From NCBI GenBank assembly GCA_951406725.2, contig OX597831.1:27032001-27096000 (forward strand): a DNA stretch of 64,000 nt, given 5' to 3'. Origin of the DNA: Octopus vulgaris (Eukaryota). A program made the translations under genes and the position numbers. Position 1 is the first letter of the stretch; every line of letters starts with the position of its first letter. Positions 1 to 14,099 of this stretch are shown piece after piece. The notes below the pieces were generated by a model. That model worked only from the letters and a program-made list of their open reading frames with translations. It searched no databases and was not told the DNA's origin.

Positions 1-13
1 CATACACGCACGC

Positions 14-94
<81 letters not shown>

Positions 95-454
95 TATATA
101 CATATATATATACTTATATATACGACGGGCCTCTTTCAGTTCCCGTCTATCAAATACACTCACAAAGGTCGGCTCGAGGCTACAGTAGAAGACACTTGTC
201 CAAGGTTCCTCGCAGTGGGACTGAACCCGGAGCTATGTGGCTGGAAGGCAAGCTTCTTATTACACAGCCATGTCTATAAGTATATAAACAATGAACTTGT
301 GTTGCATTATCTATGAGTCATATTATATACACCTGTGCGCCATACTATTGCATCAGCTTTACTTTATAACTTGTATAACTACTTGAACAATAAATTTGTT
401 TGCGTATATACATATACATACATTTGTACACTTACAAAGACACGCACACTCCCT

Positions 455-521
<67 letters not shown>

Positions 522-610
522 GTGTTTTGTTGAAGTAACTTGAAATGACTTTCAAATACTGAAAAGGAAGTAGAGCTTTGTTGTTTAGTGACCTATATGC
601 TATGCTTACA

Positions 611-646
<36 letters not shown>

Positions 647-648
<2 letters not shown>

Positions 649-809
649 CGCGGGAATGGCTGTGTGGTGAGTAGCTTGCTTACCAACCACATGGTTCCGG
701 GATCAGTCCCACCTGCGTGCCACCTTGGGCAAGTATCTTCTATATCCTCGAGCCGACCAAAGCCTTGTGAGTGGATTTGGTAGACAGAAACTGAAAGAAG
801 CCCGTCGTA

Positions 810-893
<84 letters not shown>

Positions 894-1120
894 TGTATGT
901 GTGTGTATATGTTTGTATGTCTGTGTTTGCCCCCCCCCCCCAACATCGCTTGATAACAGATGCTGATGTTTTTACGTCCCCGTAAATTAGCGGTTCGGCA
1001 AAAGAGACCGATAGAAAAATTACTAGGCTTACAAAGAATAAGTCCTGGGATCGATTTGCTCGACTAAAGACGGTGCTCCAGCACGGCCGCAGTCAAACGA
1101 CTGAAACAAGTAAAAGAGTA
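647..1120 (+). mobile_element. SINE family A (tRNA-like head, internal (TA)n, 3' tail ...CCAGCATGGCCGCAGTCAAATGACTGAAACAAGTAAAAGAG)
   Basis: Head TGGCTGTGTGG...GGTTCAGTCCC. About 20 near-identical full or partial copies occur in the window. Confidence 0.85.
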
Positions 1121-1844
1121 TATAAACACGAGGAGGTGGTAAAAGGTTTTTCACTTTTACGGTTTCGCGAAAGACATGACAGGATCTATGTTTGTTTACA
1201 CCCTTGTTACTTAGCGATTCGGCAATAGCGTCCGACAGAAGCCCGATAGAAGTACTAGGCCTTTTTTGAAAAAAAAAAGTGTACTGGTATCCACTATTTA
1301 TTTGACTGGTGATTTCAAGGCGGTACTCCAGAATGGTCGTAGTCCAATGATTTAAATATGCAAAAGATAAAAGTTAAAACAGCGATCTATAATAATATTC
1401 TATATATTGCTTCTAGTTGTGAAATCATAGATTTAGTGTAAATGCGTACAGAAATTATATACGACTGTGTAGCCGAGAACTTCGCAACCATTGGCCTTGT
1501 GAGTGCACTTGGCGAACAGAATATGTATGGAAGCTCTTCGCACGCACACACACACACACACACTTACATACACATATACACACACACACTTACACACACA
1601 CTCACACACGAGCCCGCGCACTCACACACATCAGTATATAAATATATATTTCTTTTATACAGCGTTCAAAAAGTCTCTCCGCAGTATTTTATTGCAAACT
1701 AAATACTCATAAGATAGTATAAGACTGCAAAGTGGAGGCACATGGCCTTGTGGTTAGAGCAGCGGACTCGCGGTCGAGGGATCGCCGGTTCGAATCTCAG
1801 ACCGGGCGATGTGTGTGTTTATGAGCGAAATACGCACGCACACA

Positions 1845-2160
1845 CATTTGACTGCGGCCTTGCTGGAGCACCGCCTTAAAGGATTACCGCTAAGTTACGG
1901 TGACGTAAACACGCCAGCATCGGTTGCCAAGCGATGGTGGCGGGACAAATAGACACATTGGCACGCACACTTAAATATATACATACACATATATATAAAC
2001 ATATACGATGTTCTTCTTTCAGTTTCCATCTACCAAATCCACTCACAAGGCTTTAGTTGGCCTGAGGCTATAGTAGAAGACACTTGCCCAAGGTGCCATG
2101 CAGTAGGACTGAACCCAGAATGATGTGGTTGAGAAGTAAGCTTCTTACCACACATTCACG
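1845..2160 (-). mobile_element. SINE family A copy
   Basis: Reverse complement of the family A head and tail. Confidence 0.75.
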
Positions 2161-2446
2161 CCTTGTATATTTGCGCGCGTCTTTGTGCTTGTTTCCCATC
2201 GCTTGACAACCGATGTTGATTTATTTACGACACGGTAACTTACTAGTTGGGTACATGAGACCAACGAAATAAGTGAATAAGTTAATAATAAAATAAAATG
2301 AAGTGCTGAGGTAAATTTTGTTCGACTGAAAGCTACAAGCCGGTATCCTCGTATGGCTGAAGTCCAATTTCTGAAAAAACAGGATGCACAAAACGCCGTT
2401 GTCGGCAAGCATAGAAAGAACAGAAGAATAAATTTAGCGACTTTGA

Positions 2447-3048
2447 AGGTGGTGAGCTGGCAGAATCGTTAGCACGCCGGGCGAAATGCGTAGCCGTATT
2501 TCGTCAGCCGTTACGTTCTAAGTTCAAATTCCGCCGAGGTCGACTTTGCCTTTCATCCTTTCGGGGTCGATAAATTAAGTACCAGTTAAGCACTGGGGTC
2601 GATATAATCGACTTAATCCGTGTGTCTGTACTTGTTTGTCTCCTCTATGTTTAGCCCCTTGTGGGTAATAAAGAAATAGGTATTTCGTCTGCCGTTACGT
2701 TCTAAGTTCAAATTCCGCCGAGGTCGACTTTGCCTTTCATCCTTTCGGGGTCGATAAATTAAGTACCAGTTAAGCCCTGGGGTCGATATAATCGACTTAA
2801 TCCGTGTGTCTGTCCTTGTTTGTCTCCTCTATGTTTAGCCCCTTGTGGGTAATAAAGAAATAGGTATTTCGTCTGCCGTTACGTTCTAAGTTCAAATTCC
2901 GCCGAGGTCGACTTTGCCTTTCATCCTTTCGGGGTCGATAAATTAAGTACCAGTTACGCACTGGGGTCGATGTAATCGACTTAATCCCTTTGTCTGTCCT
3001 TTGTTTGTCGCCTCTATGTTTAGCTCCTTGTGGGCAATAAAGAAATAA
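2447..3048 (+). mobile_element. SINE family B with its ~180-bp body triplicated in tandem
   Basis: Head GGTGAGCTGGCAGAATCG, then three copies of ...GTTCAAATTCCGCCGAGGTCGACTTTGCCTTTCATCCTTTCGGGGTCGATAAATTAAGTACCAG... at a 180-bp period. Confidence 0.85.
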
Positions 3049-5496
3049 GAATAAATTTAGCGACTTTTTAATGCCATGTTAAAGACAGTTGAACCCCTTA
3101 GCCTAGTTTGACAATAGTTCCTTTTTGATGCTTTCGTATTCTTACTAACGTTAACACATTAGGGGCTAAAATGTGAAATAAGAAATATTAAATTTAGCGG
3201 TGTGGGTAGTGGGGTGGGATTCAGGTCATGGGAAATTCAAGAACCTGTCGAACTGGATTTAAAATATATCACTTTCTTAGTTAAACACGTTCAAATAAAC
3301 TAAATACTTTGTTTAAAATAGTCAGCAAAATCCAGGTAATCAAGAAAATGATATCAGGTTTGTGTTCATATAATATATGGAAATATATTCAAGAAACAGC
3401 AGGTACAGTTTGTAAAAGCCGTGACACTAAAATACAGGAGCTGATGTTTTTGAACCATCCTATTAATGTTTATTAAACAACATTAATTCATTATTCTGTT
3501 GTGTCTTGGGAGAGTCATTCTCTTTTAGTGCCTTATAATGTAACACACACACCGTAAAATTTCCACTTATTTCTTATTTCTATTTTCCTAAAATTTTCGT
3601 TGCGTCTTGCAACCTTTTCAAGTCTTGACTCTGTCCGTTATTTACACTGCGTTCCCTTTTGTTTGTTTGTGCGCATGTGTGTGGGTCAGTGTGTGTGCCT
3701 ATGCATGCATGTACGTATGTATGTATGCATGTGTGTGTATGTATATATGTGTGTGTATGCATATGTATATATGTATGTTTGTGTGCATCTGTATGTATGT
3801 ATCCTGCATATTCATGTGCTTGCATGTCCGTGTTTGTGTATTTTCTATGTATGTGTGTGTGTGAGCGTGTGTTTGTATATGTATGTACCTCTGTCTCCTT
3901 GCGTGTGTGTGTGTCTGTGTGTGTTATGCAACTATGTACCATGTTTGTATGTATGGATGTGCGTCTCTATGTGTGTGGATCCGTGTCTCCATATGTGTCC
4001 TTGTGTGGAGTAAAGTGTGTGTATATATAGTCATGTGTTTCAGTCTCCATTTGCGTATGTGTGTATGTGTGCTTGTCTGTTCTTATAACCTATATACCTA
4101 TCCGTCTGTACGTTGATCTGTTTATTTTCATATCCATATGCTTACACAAAAAAATAAATAAAATTTTTTTAAAATTATTTTTAAAAAATAAATAAAAAAT
4201 AAAAATATAAAAATGCATGTGCATACACACACACTCACACATACATCTATCCATATAACAGTCCACTAACTATTCTACTCTACCTGTGTAAACTGTGGGT
4301 ATGGAGGTATGATATCATATCTCCATACCCACAGTTTTGTATTTTAGGTTGTAATGCGTGACCTGAGAAATTATGTTATCCAATCAGGAATAACTAACCT
4401 TAACTTTATTGTTATTAAAAAGTTGATTGCATTCGTTTATCGATAAGTTTTAGAATTGGCTTTAGCAAGAAAATATTATACAAGGAGTGCACATTCAAAC
4501 TATAGAAACAAATTAGAAAGGCAAACGTAACCTGGTCTGATCAATCATTCTAAAGGATATCGATATCGATACTGAAATTTCCAGATACTTCATTCTCTAG
4601 TAAAGCGTTCCTCGCCGTAAAATAAATACAAAAATACACTTCAGCACCAATAACTTACCGCAAACACATTCAAAAACCGTTATTACTAATATCTACACTC
4701 ATTCAGGTCAAGAGACTTGGAAAAAATTCTTCATGCTTTTCATAATTGGTCTGAACCTTGATGATCAACAAATATTAACTGAATGAGAGTATGTGCATTA
4801 TATGTACAACAAAACTCCGAGCAGCAAACGAATGAATAATCAACAGATTCCTTATAGAGTTGGCAAATCTCCATGCTTCCTGAGATTCACCAACACTACA
4901 CCTGATTTTCTCCCCTCCATACACACGCAAGCATGTATCTGACTCATACACTGTTCACTTTCCAGACATTTGTACATTACTGCATATGCTTTATACGCAC
5001 TTTTGACAAGTTGTAGTGCACCTGGGCACTGTATACAATAATTTCATTATTATTTTTATTGTAAATATAAGCGGCACATAATGCATACAGTAGTCTTTTA
5101 TTTCTTTTGTAAGTATGAACACGTATGTGTGTGTATGTATGTATGTATGTGTAGGTAGGTAGGTATAATGTTTACACACATCCCATACACCACACATACA
5201 CACACATACACACATGCTTACACAACACTTTGAAATTATTGTTCTTAAATCTAACGGGAAGTCGTGAGTGGGTAAGTTGCTATAATCAGTTAGCACACTT
5301 ATCGCGAATACAAGACGTGTGGGTTCGTTTCCCATGCGTACTAAAACCCACTTTTTTTCCGTCGAGGGCTTATATGCCCCAGTACCAGACTATTTTTTTT
5401 ATCCAATACACGGTGAATGCTTATAAGCTTTAACCTTATCATTACTATTATGATTTACAGAACTTTGATTTGTCAACGTTTCTTCATTTAAATCAG

Positions 5497-6036
5497 GTGT
5501 GGCTGTGTGGTAAGAAGCTTGCTGCCCAACCACATGGTTCTGGGTTGCTACTGCGAGGCAATTTGGGAATGTGTCTATAGCCTCAGACAAATGAGTGGAT
5601 TTGGTAAACGGAAACTGAAAGAAGCCCGTCGTATATATTTATGTGTATGTGTCTATGTTTGTCCGCCACCACGCCACCACCACAATCATAGCGTGACAAT
5701 CGGTATTGCAGTGTTCACGTCCCTGTAACTTACCGGTTCGGCAAAGAAGACTGATAGAATAAGTACTAGGCTTAGAAAGAATAATTCATGGTGTCGAATT
5801 CTTCGCTTTAAGAAAACCCTTAAAGGAGGTGTTCCAGCATGGCCACAGTCAAATGACTGAAACAAGCAAAGGGATAAAAAAGAATGTGACTGTGTGATAA
5901 GTAGCTTGCTTACCAACCACATGATTCTGGGTTCAGTCCCACTGTGTGACACCTTGGACAAGTGTCTTCTACTATAGCCTCAGACCGACCAAAACCTTGT
6001 GAGTGGATTTGGTAGGCGGAAACTGAAAACAACCCG

Positions 6037-6133
<97 letters not shown>

Positions 6134-6355
6134 GAGAGAGAGAGAGGTAGATACTTGTGTGTCTGTGTTTGACCTCTCACCATCGCTTGACTACAGATGT
6201 TGGTGTGTTTACGTCCCCTTAGCTTAGGGGCTCAGAAAAAGAAACCGCTAGAATAAGTACTAGGCTTACAAAGAATAAGTCCTGGGGTCGATTTGTTCGA
6301 CTAAAGGCGGTGCTCCAGCATGACCGCAATCAAATGACTGAAACAAATAAAAGTA
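5497..6355 (+). mobile_element. Two head-to-tail SINE family A copies
   Basis: Family A heads at ~5497 and ~5885, each followed by the diagnostic tail. Confidence 0.75.
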
Positions 6356-6484
6356 TAAGGACATATATATAAATAGATTATATATATGTATATATATCTT
6401 TTATATATATATGCATACTCACACACATCTGTGAATATCTTCGTCCTTTTTCATAATAGACACGACTACAGACACACATGCACC

Positions 6485-6519
<35 letters not shown>

Positions 6520-6729
6520 GTGTGCGTGTATGTGTCCTACTTGAGATATATATATATTAATACAAGCACTGGCATTGAAGAGGTTGGCTGTTAGGTGGCA
6601 TGGATGGTAGATAAGAGGAGGTAAACTTTGAGTACAGGGTTCACTGAAGGCACTCCACTCGGTTATCAACGACGAGACACAGTGGATTTTGTGTGGTTTG
6701 CGATAACCTTATCTGACTTCATCACCAGA

Positions 6730-6732
6730 ATA

Positions 6733-6789
<57 letters not shown>

Positions 6790-6902
6790 TCTTCTTCTTC
6801 TTCTTCTTCTACTACTACTACAACTTCTATTACTACTACTACTACGATTACTACTACTACTACTACTACTACTACGATTACTACTACTACTACTACTACT
6901 AC

Positions 6903-6935
<33 letters not shown>

Positions 6936-7170
6936 TAATAATAATAACGACACTATCACCACCACCGCACCAACAACTTTTGCAACTACAATTACTGCTA
7001 CAATTAGTAGTACTACTACAACTACTACTACTATTACTACCACCACAGCAACAATAACTACTATTACTACTACTAATAATAATAATAACAATAACAATAA
7101 CAATAATAATAACAACAACAATAATAATAATAATAATAATGCTGTTACTACAACTACAACTGTAACTAAA
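6730..7170. repeat. Compound (ACT)n/(AAT)n/(AAC)n trinucleotide microsatellite
   Basis: Direct reading. It accounts for the poly-T/N/V/L ORFs. Confidence 0.9.
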
Positions 7171-7415
7171 AAGTACCTACAACTACTACAGCATAAACAA
7201 CACCTGTAAGCACTAGAAGTACAACTGCAGTAGTAACACCTGCAATATTTTCATCAACTACTTACACAACCACAAACAACTACAAAAGCAGTTTGTCGGT
7301 GAAGGCCCTGCTACGTGATTGCTTGACCTCCTGTTAATGGCAGCCAAATTTCTTTCCAATCACATCTAACATCGAGTGACGGGGGAGTGGGTACTTGGAA
7401 CTGGGGATAGTTTAA

Positions 7416-7636
7416 CCCTTTAGCAATTAAACCGGCCATATCCGGCCAAAAGTATTCTGCCTGTTCTATGTTCAAAATGGCCAGATCTGGTCTCTCACAC
7501 CAACCCTACAATATCGTTTTAAAAATTAACAGTTACCTCATCAAAATCTCATAGCTACAAGATAATGCATGATTAGTTCAAAACAATGTGGATAAAAAAG
7601 GATTAATTTTGGCAGAATAATGTGAACACTAAAGGG
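7416..7636. mobile_element. piggyBac-like MITE
   Basis: TTAA|CCCTTTAG ... CTAAAGGG|TTAA: terminal inverted repeats with a TTAA target duplication. A decayed relative lies near 53255-53410. Confidence 0.75.
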
Positions 7637-7926
7637 TTAAAGATATAGAGGAGGGGAGGTCGGGAAGGTGGAACTTAGGTACTAGGTGCTACTTTCGCTC
7701 ATTTTTCCGCCCTGAACTGAAGAGCAGGGGAACACCTTACCCCCTGAATTCCTCGCTCTCTTCCCTATTCCATTTTCATCATCGGTTGAAATTTGGAATA
7801 TTGTTACGGTCAACAATGTTGTGTAAATCAATGGGATGATCATGGCTGGAAACGTGGTTGGTCATAGACCTGTCCTCAGTCAGAGCTAACCTGGAGTCTA
7901 AATAACAAAAACAAAAACTACTGCTG

Positions 7927-7957
<31 letters not shown>

Positions 7958-8137
7958 GAAACAACATCGCAGGAGCCTCTACGTGGTCGCTAAACCGGCT
8001 AGAAGCCAAATTTCCTTTAAATGACTAAATTTTTAAAAGACACATTAAATCAGTGAATCTCAGCATGGATCATATGGCCCTTAGGGATCCATATATCCTT
8101 TAGAGGTCAATGCAAGATTTCGTTATTAAAATTTATA

Positions 8138-8675
8138 GGCGTAGGAGTGCCTATGTGGTTAGTAGCTTGCTTACCAACCACATGGTTCCGGGTTCAGTCC
8201 CACTGCGTAGCTTGCTTAGCAACCACATGGTTCCGGGTTCAGTCCCACTGCGTAGCTTGCTTAGCAACCACATGGTTCCGGGTTCAGTCCCACTGCGTAG
8301 CTTGCTTAGCAACCACATGGTTCCGGGTTCAGACCCACTGCGTAGCACCTTGGGCAAGTGTCCTCTACTATAGCCTTGGGCCGACCAAAGCCTTGTGAGC
8401 GGATTTGATAGACAGAAACTGAAAGAAGCCTGTCGTATATATGTATGTATGTATGTGTGTGTATGTTGTGTTTCTGTGTTTGTTCCTCCAACATTGCTTG
8501 ACAACCGATGCTGGTGTGTTTACGTCCCCGTAACTTAGCATTTCGGCAAAAGAGACCGATAGAATAAGTACTAGGCTTACAAAGAATAAGTCCTCGAGTC
8601 GATTTGCTCGACTAAAGGCGATGCTTCAGCATGGCCAAAGTCAAAGGACTGAAACAAGTAAAAGAATAAAAGAGC
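8138..8675 (+). mobile_element. SINE family A with a 45-bp head segment repeated four times
   Basis: GTAGCTTGCTTAGCAACCACATGGTTCCGGGTTCAGTCCCACTGC x4 at 8162-8341. Confidence 0.85.
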
Positions 8676-8749
8676 AATAAATTGGGGTTTTTTCTACGAT
8701 GCACAAAATATTTTATCAATTTATTTTTATACAATCCCTAATATGTGAG

Positions 8750-9395
8750 GTAAAGGTAAACAGATCCTTCGGTCGTAAAAGGCACAAGTCCGGGCTGGGT
8801 TGTTTAAGGAAGACCAGCAGTCGCCTATGAATACCAGGCTCCCGTCTGCACGCCACCGTTGTTGTCCAAGGGAAAGGCAAAGGGGGTCGATACGGCTCGG
8901 CATCGGTGACATCGCAACACATTTTTACAACTGAGTGAACTGGAGCAACGTGAAATATGAGTGTCTTGCTCAAGAGGAGCACAACACACAGCTCTGTCCG
9001 GCAATCGAACTCGCTACCTCATGATTATGAGCCCGATGCTCTAACCACTGAGCCATGCACCTTCACGATAAAATGTAATTATAAAAATATAATACTCTCT
9101 CTCTTTTACTTGTTTCAATCATTTGACTGCGGCCATGCTGGAGCACCGCCTTTAGTCGAGCAAATCGACCCCGGGACGTATTCTTTTGTAAGCCCAGTAC
9201 TTATTCTATCGGTCTCTTTTGCCGAACCGCTAAGTGACGGGGACGTAAACACACCAGCATCGTAAACCACAAGGCATTGGTCGGCCCGGGGCCATAGCAG
9301 AAGACACTTGCCCAAGATGCCACGCAGTGGGACTGAACCCGGAACCATGTGGTTGGTTAGCAAGCTACTTGCCACACAACCACTCCTGCGCCTAT
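8750..9395 (-). mobile_element. tRNA-head SINE (8750-9065) followed by a family A SINE (9095-9395)
   Basis: Reverse-strand A/B boxes (ctaaccactgagcca; aatcgaactc) and family A sequence. Confidence 0.7.
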
Positions 9396-9889
9396 CGAAT
9401 GGCTATGGGGGTCCGGTAGAGTAAACTAGAAATCAAAGGGGACCAAAGGTAAAAAAATGGTTGAGAACCGCTGCTTTAAATAAGTATGGTCCCAGGTATA
9501 TTACGCCCGAAAAGAAAAAAAGACATGATGATCATGGTTGGAACACCTGTGATCATATCTCTGCTTGACCAGGTCCAACCTGATGTTGAACAACAACAAC
9601 AACAACACAGTTAACAAGACAAGAGAGACACCATGTGATATCTTGATCTAAAAATGGCAGTCAAATCTCCCTTATGTCATACCATATTGTCTTAAATCAA
9701 CAATCATTGGATTGATTGGACTGGATAATGTAGTTTTACATACACTGTCTGAACAAACACGGGATGGTCATGGCCGGAATGCTTTCGGTCAGGGCTGACT
9801 TAGCGATAAACGTGAATAATAATAAACATAACAAAAGAACTACGACCATAACCTATGCCAATCACAAGCAATAGGCAGCTCGCGGAAGT

Positions 9890-10128
9890 TTCTTATTTCT
9901 TTACTACCCACAAGGGGCTAAACATAGAGGAGACAAACAAGGACAGACAAACGGATTAAGTTGATTATATGGACCCCAGTGCGTAACTGGTACTTATTTA
10001 ATCGACCCCGAAAGGATGAAAGGCAAAGTCGACCTCGGTGGAATTTGAACTCAGAACGTAACGGCAGACGAAATACGGCTACGTATTTCGCCCGGCGTGC
10101 TAACGTCTCTGCCAGCTCGCCACCTTAA
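9890..10128 (-). mobile_element. SINE family B
   Basis: Reverse complement of the family B sequence. Confidence 0.8.
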
Positions 10129-10967
10129 CGTTTCTGCCAGCTCGCGGAAGTTTACGGAAAATTACTTTGAATTTTCTTCGTAGTGCGGCCCACCTGATGA
10201 TGATCCATATCTCATCCGGCCCTCTTCTCGAAAATAGATTGTTCATAGATTCTATGCAATTGGTCAACTAGCAAAAAAAAAAAAAAAACAGTAACTAAGT
10301 CTCCCTCAAATCACAACTTCACGCCCTAAAGAGAACACATTGGATAATGTAGTCCAAGATATACTTTTAAAAACGTGTTGGTCACGGCTGGAATGCTTTT
10401 GATCATCGGTCTGCTGGATCATGGCTGAGCTGAGACTAAGCAACAACAACAACAATGGTTTGGCTATTTTGTTCTAGCAACACGTAGGGACAGATATTAC
10501 CATAAATGGTAGGGTGTAAGACCAACCTTTATCTTTAGGTGAAAGCTACGTCAGACTGAGAGAGAGAATAAGAGAGAGGAATGGAGAGAGAACAGAAGAA
10601 AGAGAGGGGTGGGAGGGTGAGGAAGAGGCAGGCTGAAAGAGAGATAGAGAGAGGGGGTGAGAGAGGTAGATAGAGGGATTAATAGGGATAGAGACATATT
10701 GACAAGTGGTAGAGGTTGTTCGGGGTAAATTTGACGACACTGTATATACAAGCATTACATAAATACACACACACACACACACACATACAAGCACACACAC
10801 ACATGTACGCACACACAGACACATACACACACACAAATATATATTCATGTTTGTTTTTTTATATGTTTTGTTATATTAAAAACAATTTTACATTAATCTG
10901 ATGGGTTACTTCTATACTTTTGTAGAGTATAGATTTATTCTTATACAAGAATGTTGGATAACATATA

Positions 10968-11185
10968 TGAGGGTGTCCCGAAAAGTTCCTGGCTTTGGGT
11001 TAAAGAAAATACTGGATAATTAGTTAATTATGATTTTTTCCAACATATTACACTCTCAGATTCACACACAAATATTGCAGCTGTACTTCAAATTTCTTAA
11101 GTCCCGTAAAAGTACTCGGATGGTTGAGCCTCTAACCAGGCCTTTCGCTATACCTTTAAAACTAGGAACTTTTTAGTACCCCTCG
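10968..11185. mobile_element. Tc1/mariner-type MITE
   Basis: TA|TGAGGGTGTCCCGAAAAGTTCCTGG ... CTAGGAACTTTTTAGTACCCCTCG|TA imperfect TIRs. Confidence 0.7.
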
Positions 11186-11209
11186 TATATTTATATCTAT
11201 ATCTATATA

Positions 11210-11262
<53 letters not shown>

Positions 11263-11270
11263 ATATAGTA

Positions 11271-11555
11271 ACGTATATTTGCCATTTGAATATGGCTAAC
11301 CCCTAAGGGTGGATGCTACTGTAGTTTGTAGCCCCAGGAGGACACCTCCTCCAGCTGGCTATAGACACACTTTCTGAGCCCTATCAGTATTTGCGAAGGG
11401 AAGCCATCCTTCCCGTCTTCAACTTATGATACACACGGACTCGAGTTTCAGGGTATTGACCCGTCATCGGCGTGTGACAATCATAGTTGTCGATGAGAAA
11501 ACTACAGTACCATCCACCCTCAGGGGTTAGCCATATTCAAATGGCAAATATACGT
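11271..11555. mobile_element. (TA)n-flanked fold-back element (Penelope-like fragment) carrying a hammerhead motif
   Basis: About 55-bp inverted ends (ACGTATATTTGCCATTTGAATATGGCTAACCCCT...). Homologous to the 14880-15276 element. Confidence 0.65.
11432..11476 (-). ncRNA. Minimal type-I hammerhead ribozyme motif (U4C variant)
   Basis: cacacg-CCGATGA-c-GGGTcaatACCC-t-GAAAC-tcga-GTC-cgtgtg: perfect 6-bp stem I and a palindromic stem III. Confidence 0.7.
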
Positions 11556-11603
11556 CACGATGTGTTGCTGCTACTGTTTATAACTCGCTCTGAGATTTAT
11601 CAT

Positions 11604-11663
<60 letters not shown>

Positions 11664-12017
11664 CATGCATATACATACATACACACACACAACACACACA
11701 CACACACACGTGTGTGTGTGTATATATATATATATTTAAAAGAAGAAAATGGGGATTGGGTAGTTAATAACTGTTTATTATTAACAGCAAATTGGTCACT
11801 TTCACTTTCAGCCGTTTCAATTAATACGCAATAATAAACAATTATTAACTTCCCACTCTCCATTTTCTTCTTCTTTTAGATAAATATAAACTATATGTTT
11901 TTATATACTCTTTACTCTCTCTTTACTCTTTTACTCGTTTCAGTCATTTGACTGCAGCCATGATGAAGCACCACTCCTGCGACTATCGATTCCCGGCATG
12001 GGAACGCATTCTTTATA

Positions 12018-12250
12018 AGGCGGCGAGCTGGCAGAAACGTTAGCAGGCCGGGCGAAATGCGTAGCCGTATTTCGTCTGTCGTTACGTCGTGAGTTCAAAT
12101 TCCGCCGAGGTCGACTTTGCCTTTCATCCTTTCGGGGTCGATAAATTAAGTACCAGTTACGCACTGGGGTCGATGTAATCGACTTAATCCGTTTGTCTGT
12201 CCTTGTTTGTCCCCTCTATGTTTAACCCCTTGGGGGCAATAAAGAAATAT
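12018..12250 (+). mobile_element. SINE family B, full length
   Basis: GGCGGCGAGCTGGCAGAAACG ... AATAAAGAAATA. Confidence 0.85.
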
Positions 12251-12299
12251 ATATATACCTATTATTTTAAGGAAATTCAGTCCCCCAAAATACTAGGTA

Positions 12300-14099
12300 T
12301 TGAACCAGCATTTCCTTGGATGAAACCATCCCTTCATAAGGCTAACAACCTCTAATTAAACATATATTATTCTCTCTCCTTAAATGAACATTTCTTGTCT
12401 AAGTACCCTGCTCTTAGTGCATTAGCAACGCAACTGTCGGTATTTTTATTCCATGAATTCTTCACCCAATTCATAATTTCTTGGAGGTTGGGTTTGACAA
12501 AGTTTCCACGCTGATTTCTCTCCATTCTATGTTCGATATATTCAATTACTTCAATCTGCAAATTATCTTTGAATGATTTGTTTATTACAAGATTTGTAGA
12601 TATGAAGTCATTCCCGTGGGAATTATGTGGTCAATTTTTTCTTTCAGAAAGGAAGATTTTCATATCTTTTGCATGATGAGTACTGGCCGAATACCAGACT
12701 AAAAGACTTCTTTGAGAACCATGCAAAACAAGTGCCATAGTTAAATCAACCCATTTTCTTATAACAGTTTGTGTGTACCAAGACTTTTCCGTTTCAAGGA
12801 CATAAATGCTCGAAACGCGTTCTATTTTCTCTTTTTTTTGCCCTTTGTGATGATAAGCGGTGGGACTTTTGTTCTATCAAGACAAATTGCTAAAATACAA
12901 GTAACTCTTGCTCTTTCGTAACCTGTTGAGACAACGTAGATTGACGAGGCACCTAGATGTTCAATTGTCGTTTTAGATCCTTGGCCTTTAAATACTGCAG
13001 TCTCATCATTAGCAATTATATTGGAGATATTGTGGAGGCGCAATGGCCCAGTGGTTAGGGCAGCGGACTCGCGGTCGTAGGATCGCGGTTTCGATTCCCA
13101 GACCGGGCGTTGTGAGTGTTTATTGAGCGAAAAAACCTAAAAAGCTCCACGAGGCTCCCGCAGGGGATGGTGGTGATCCCTGCTGTACTCTTTCACCACA
13201 ACTTTCTCTCACTCTTACTTCCTGTTTCTGTTGTACCTGTATTTCAAAGGGCCGGCCTTGTCACTCTCTGTGTCACGCTGAATATCCCTGAGAACTACGT
13301 TAATGGTACACGTGTCTGTGGAGGGCTCAGCCACTTACACGTTAATTTCACGAGCAGGCTGTTCCGTTGATCGGATCAACCGGAACCCTCGTCGTCGTAA
13401 CCGACGGAGTGCTTCCAATTGGAGATATTGTATTTAGAAAAGTCGATGCCCGTTGAATCACTTCAGCATCCTCCAGCTTGAACAGTGTTGTCGATCTTCT
13501 TAGAGAGAGCTCATATCGCCGAAGGAAGTTATCCAGCCAATGAGGTAATGCTTTGAATATCTCTGGGGATATATCCAACTGTGGTGCCATTGCAACAGCA
13601 AATTCTTGAATATCAGCCCCGCGTACGGCCAAAGCCTTTGTACTTCTTTGTACTCAGCAATCCATCCTGAGGTGATATCTTCCAGCTCCGAAATTAACGG
13701 TTGTCGAACTCCACACTTGCACTTTCCTCATCCACTTGTCTGCTGAAATTATCGTACTTTGCTCGCCATTTTCGAACCATTCGGAGACCCCACCCAACAT
13801 CTCCTTACAGAAAGCCTGTGACTCTTCCACAATTCGCTTCTTCTACTCCACTGAATAATTCTTTCCTTTTGCATCTTGCTCGGGGGACAACGAAGTGAAG
13901 CCAAGGGAGTCAACTACTTTAGCCAAGCTGCTAAAGTAGTTGGTTTTTTTTGCAAACATCACATGGTCTTTCTAACAAGCTGATGCATTTTGATTAGGTC
14001 CTATTTTCGGGGTAGGGCTTATATTAAAAACATCCCGAAAATTCATGGTAGGGCTTATTTAATTATTTTCGGAGTAGACCTTATTTGCGATGTAACACG

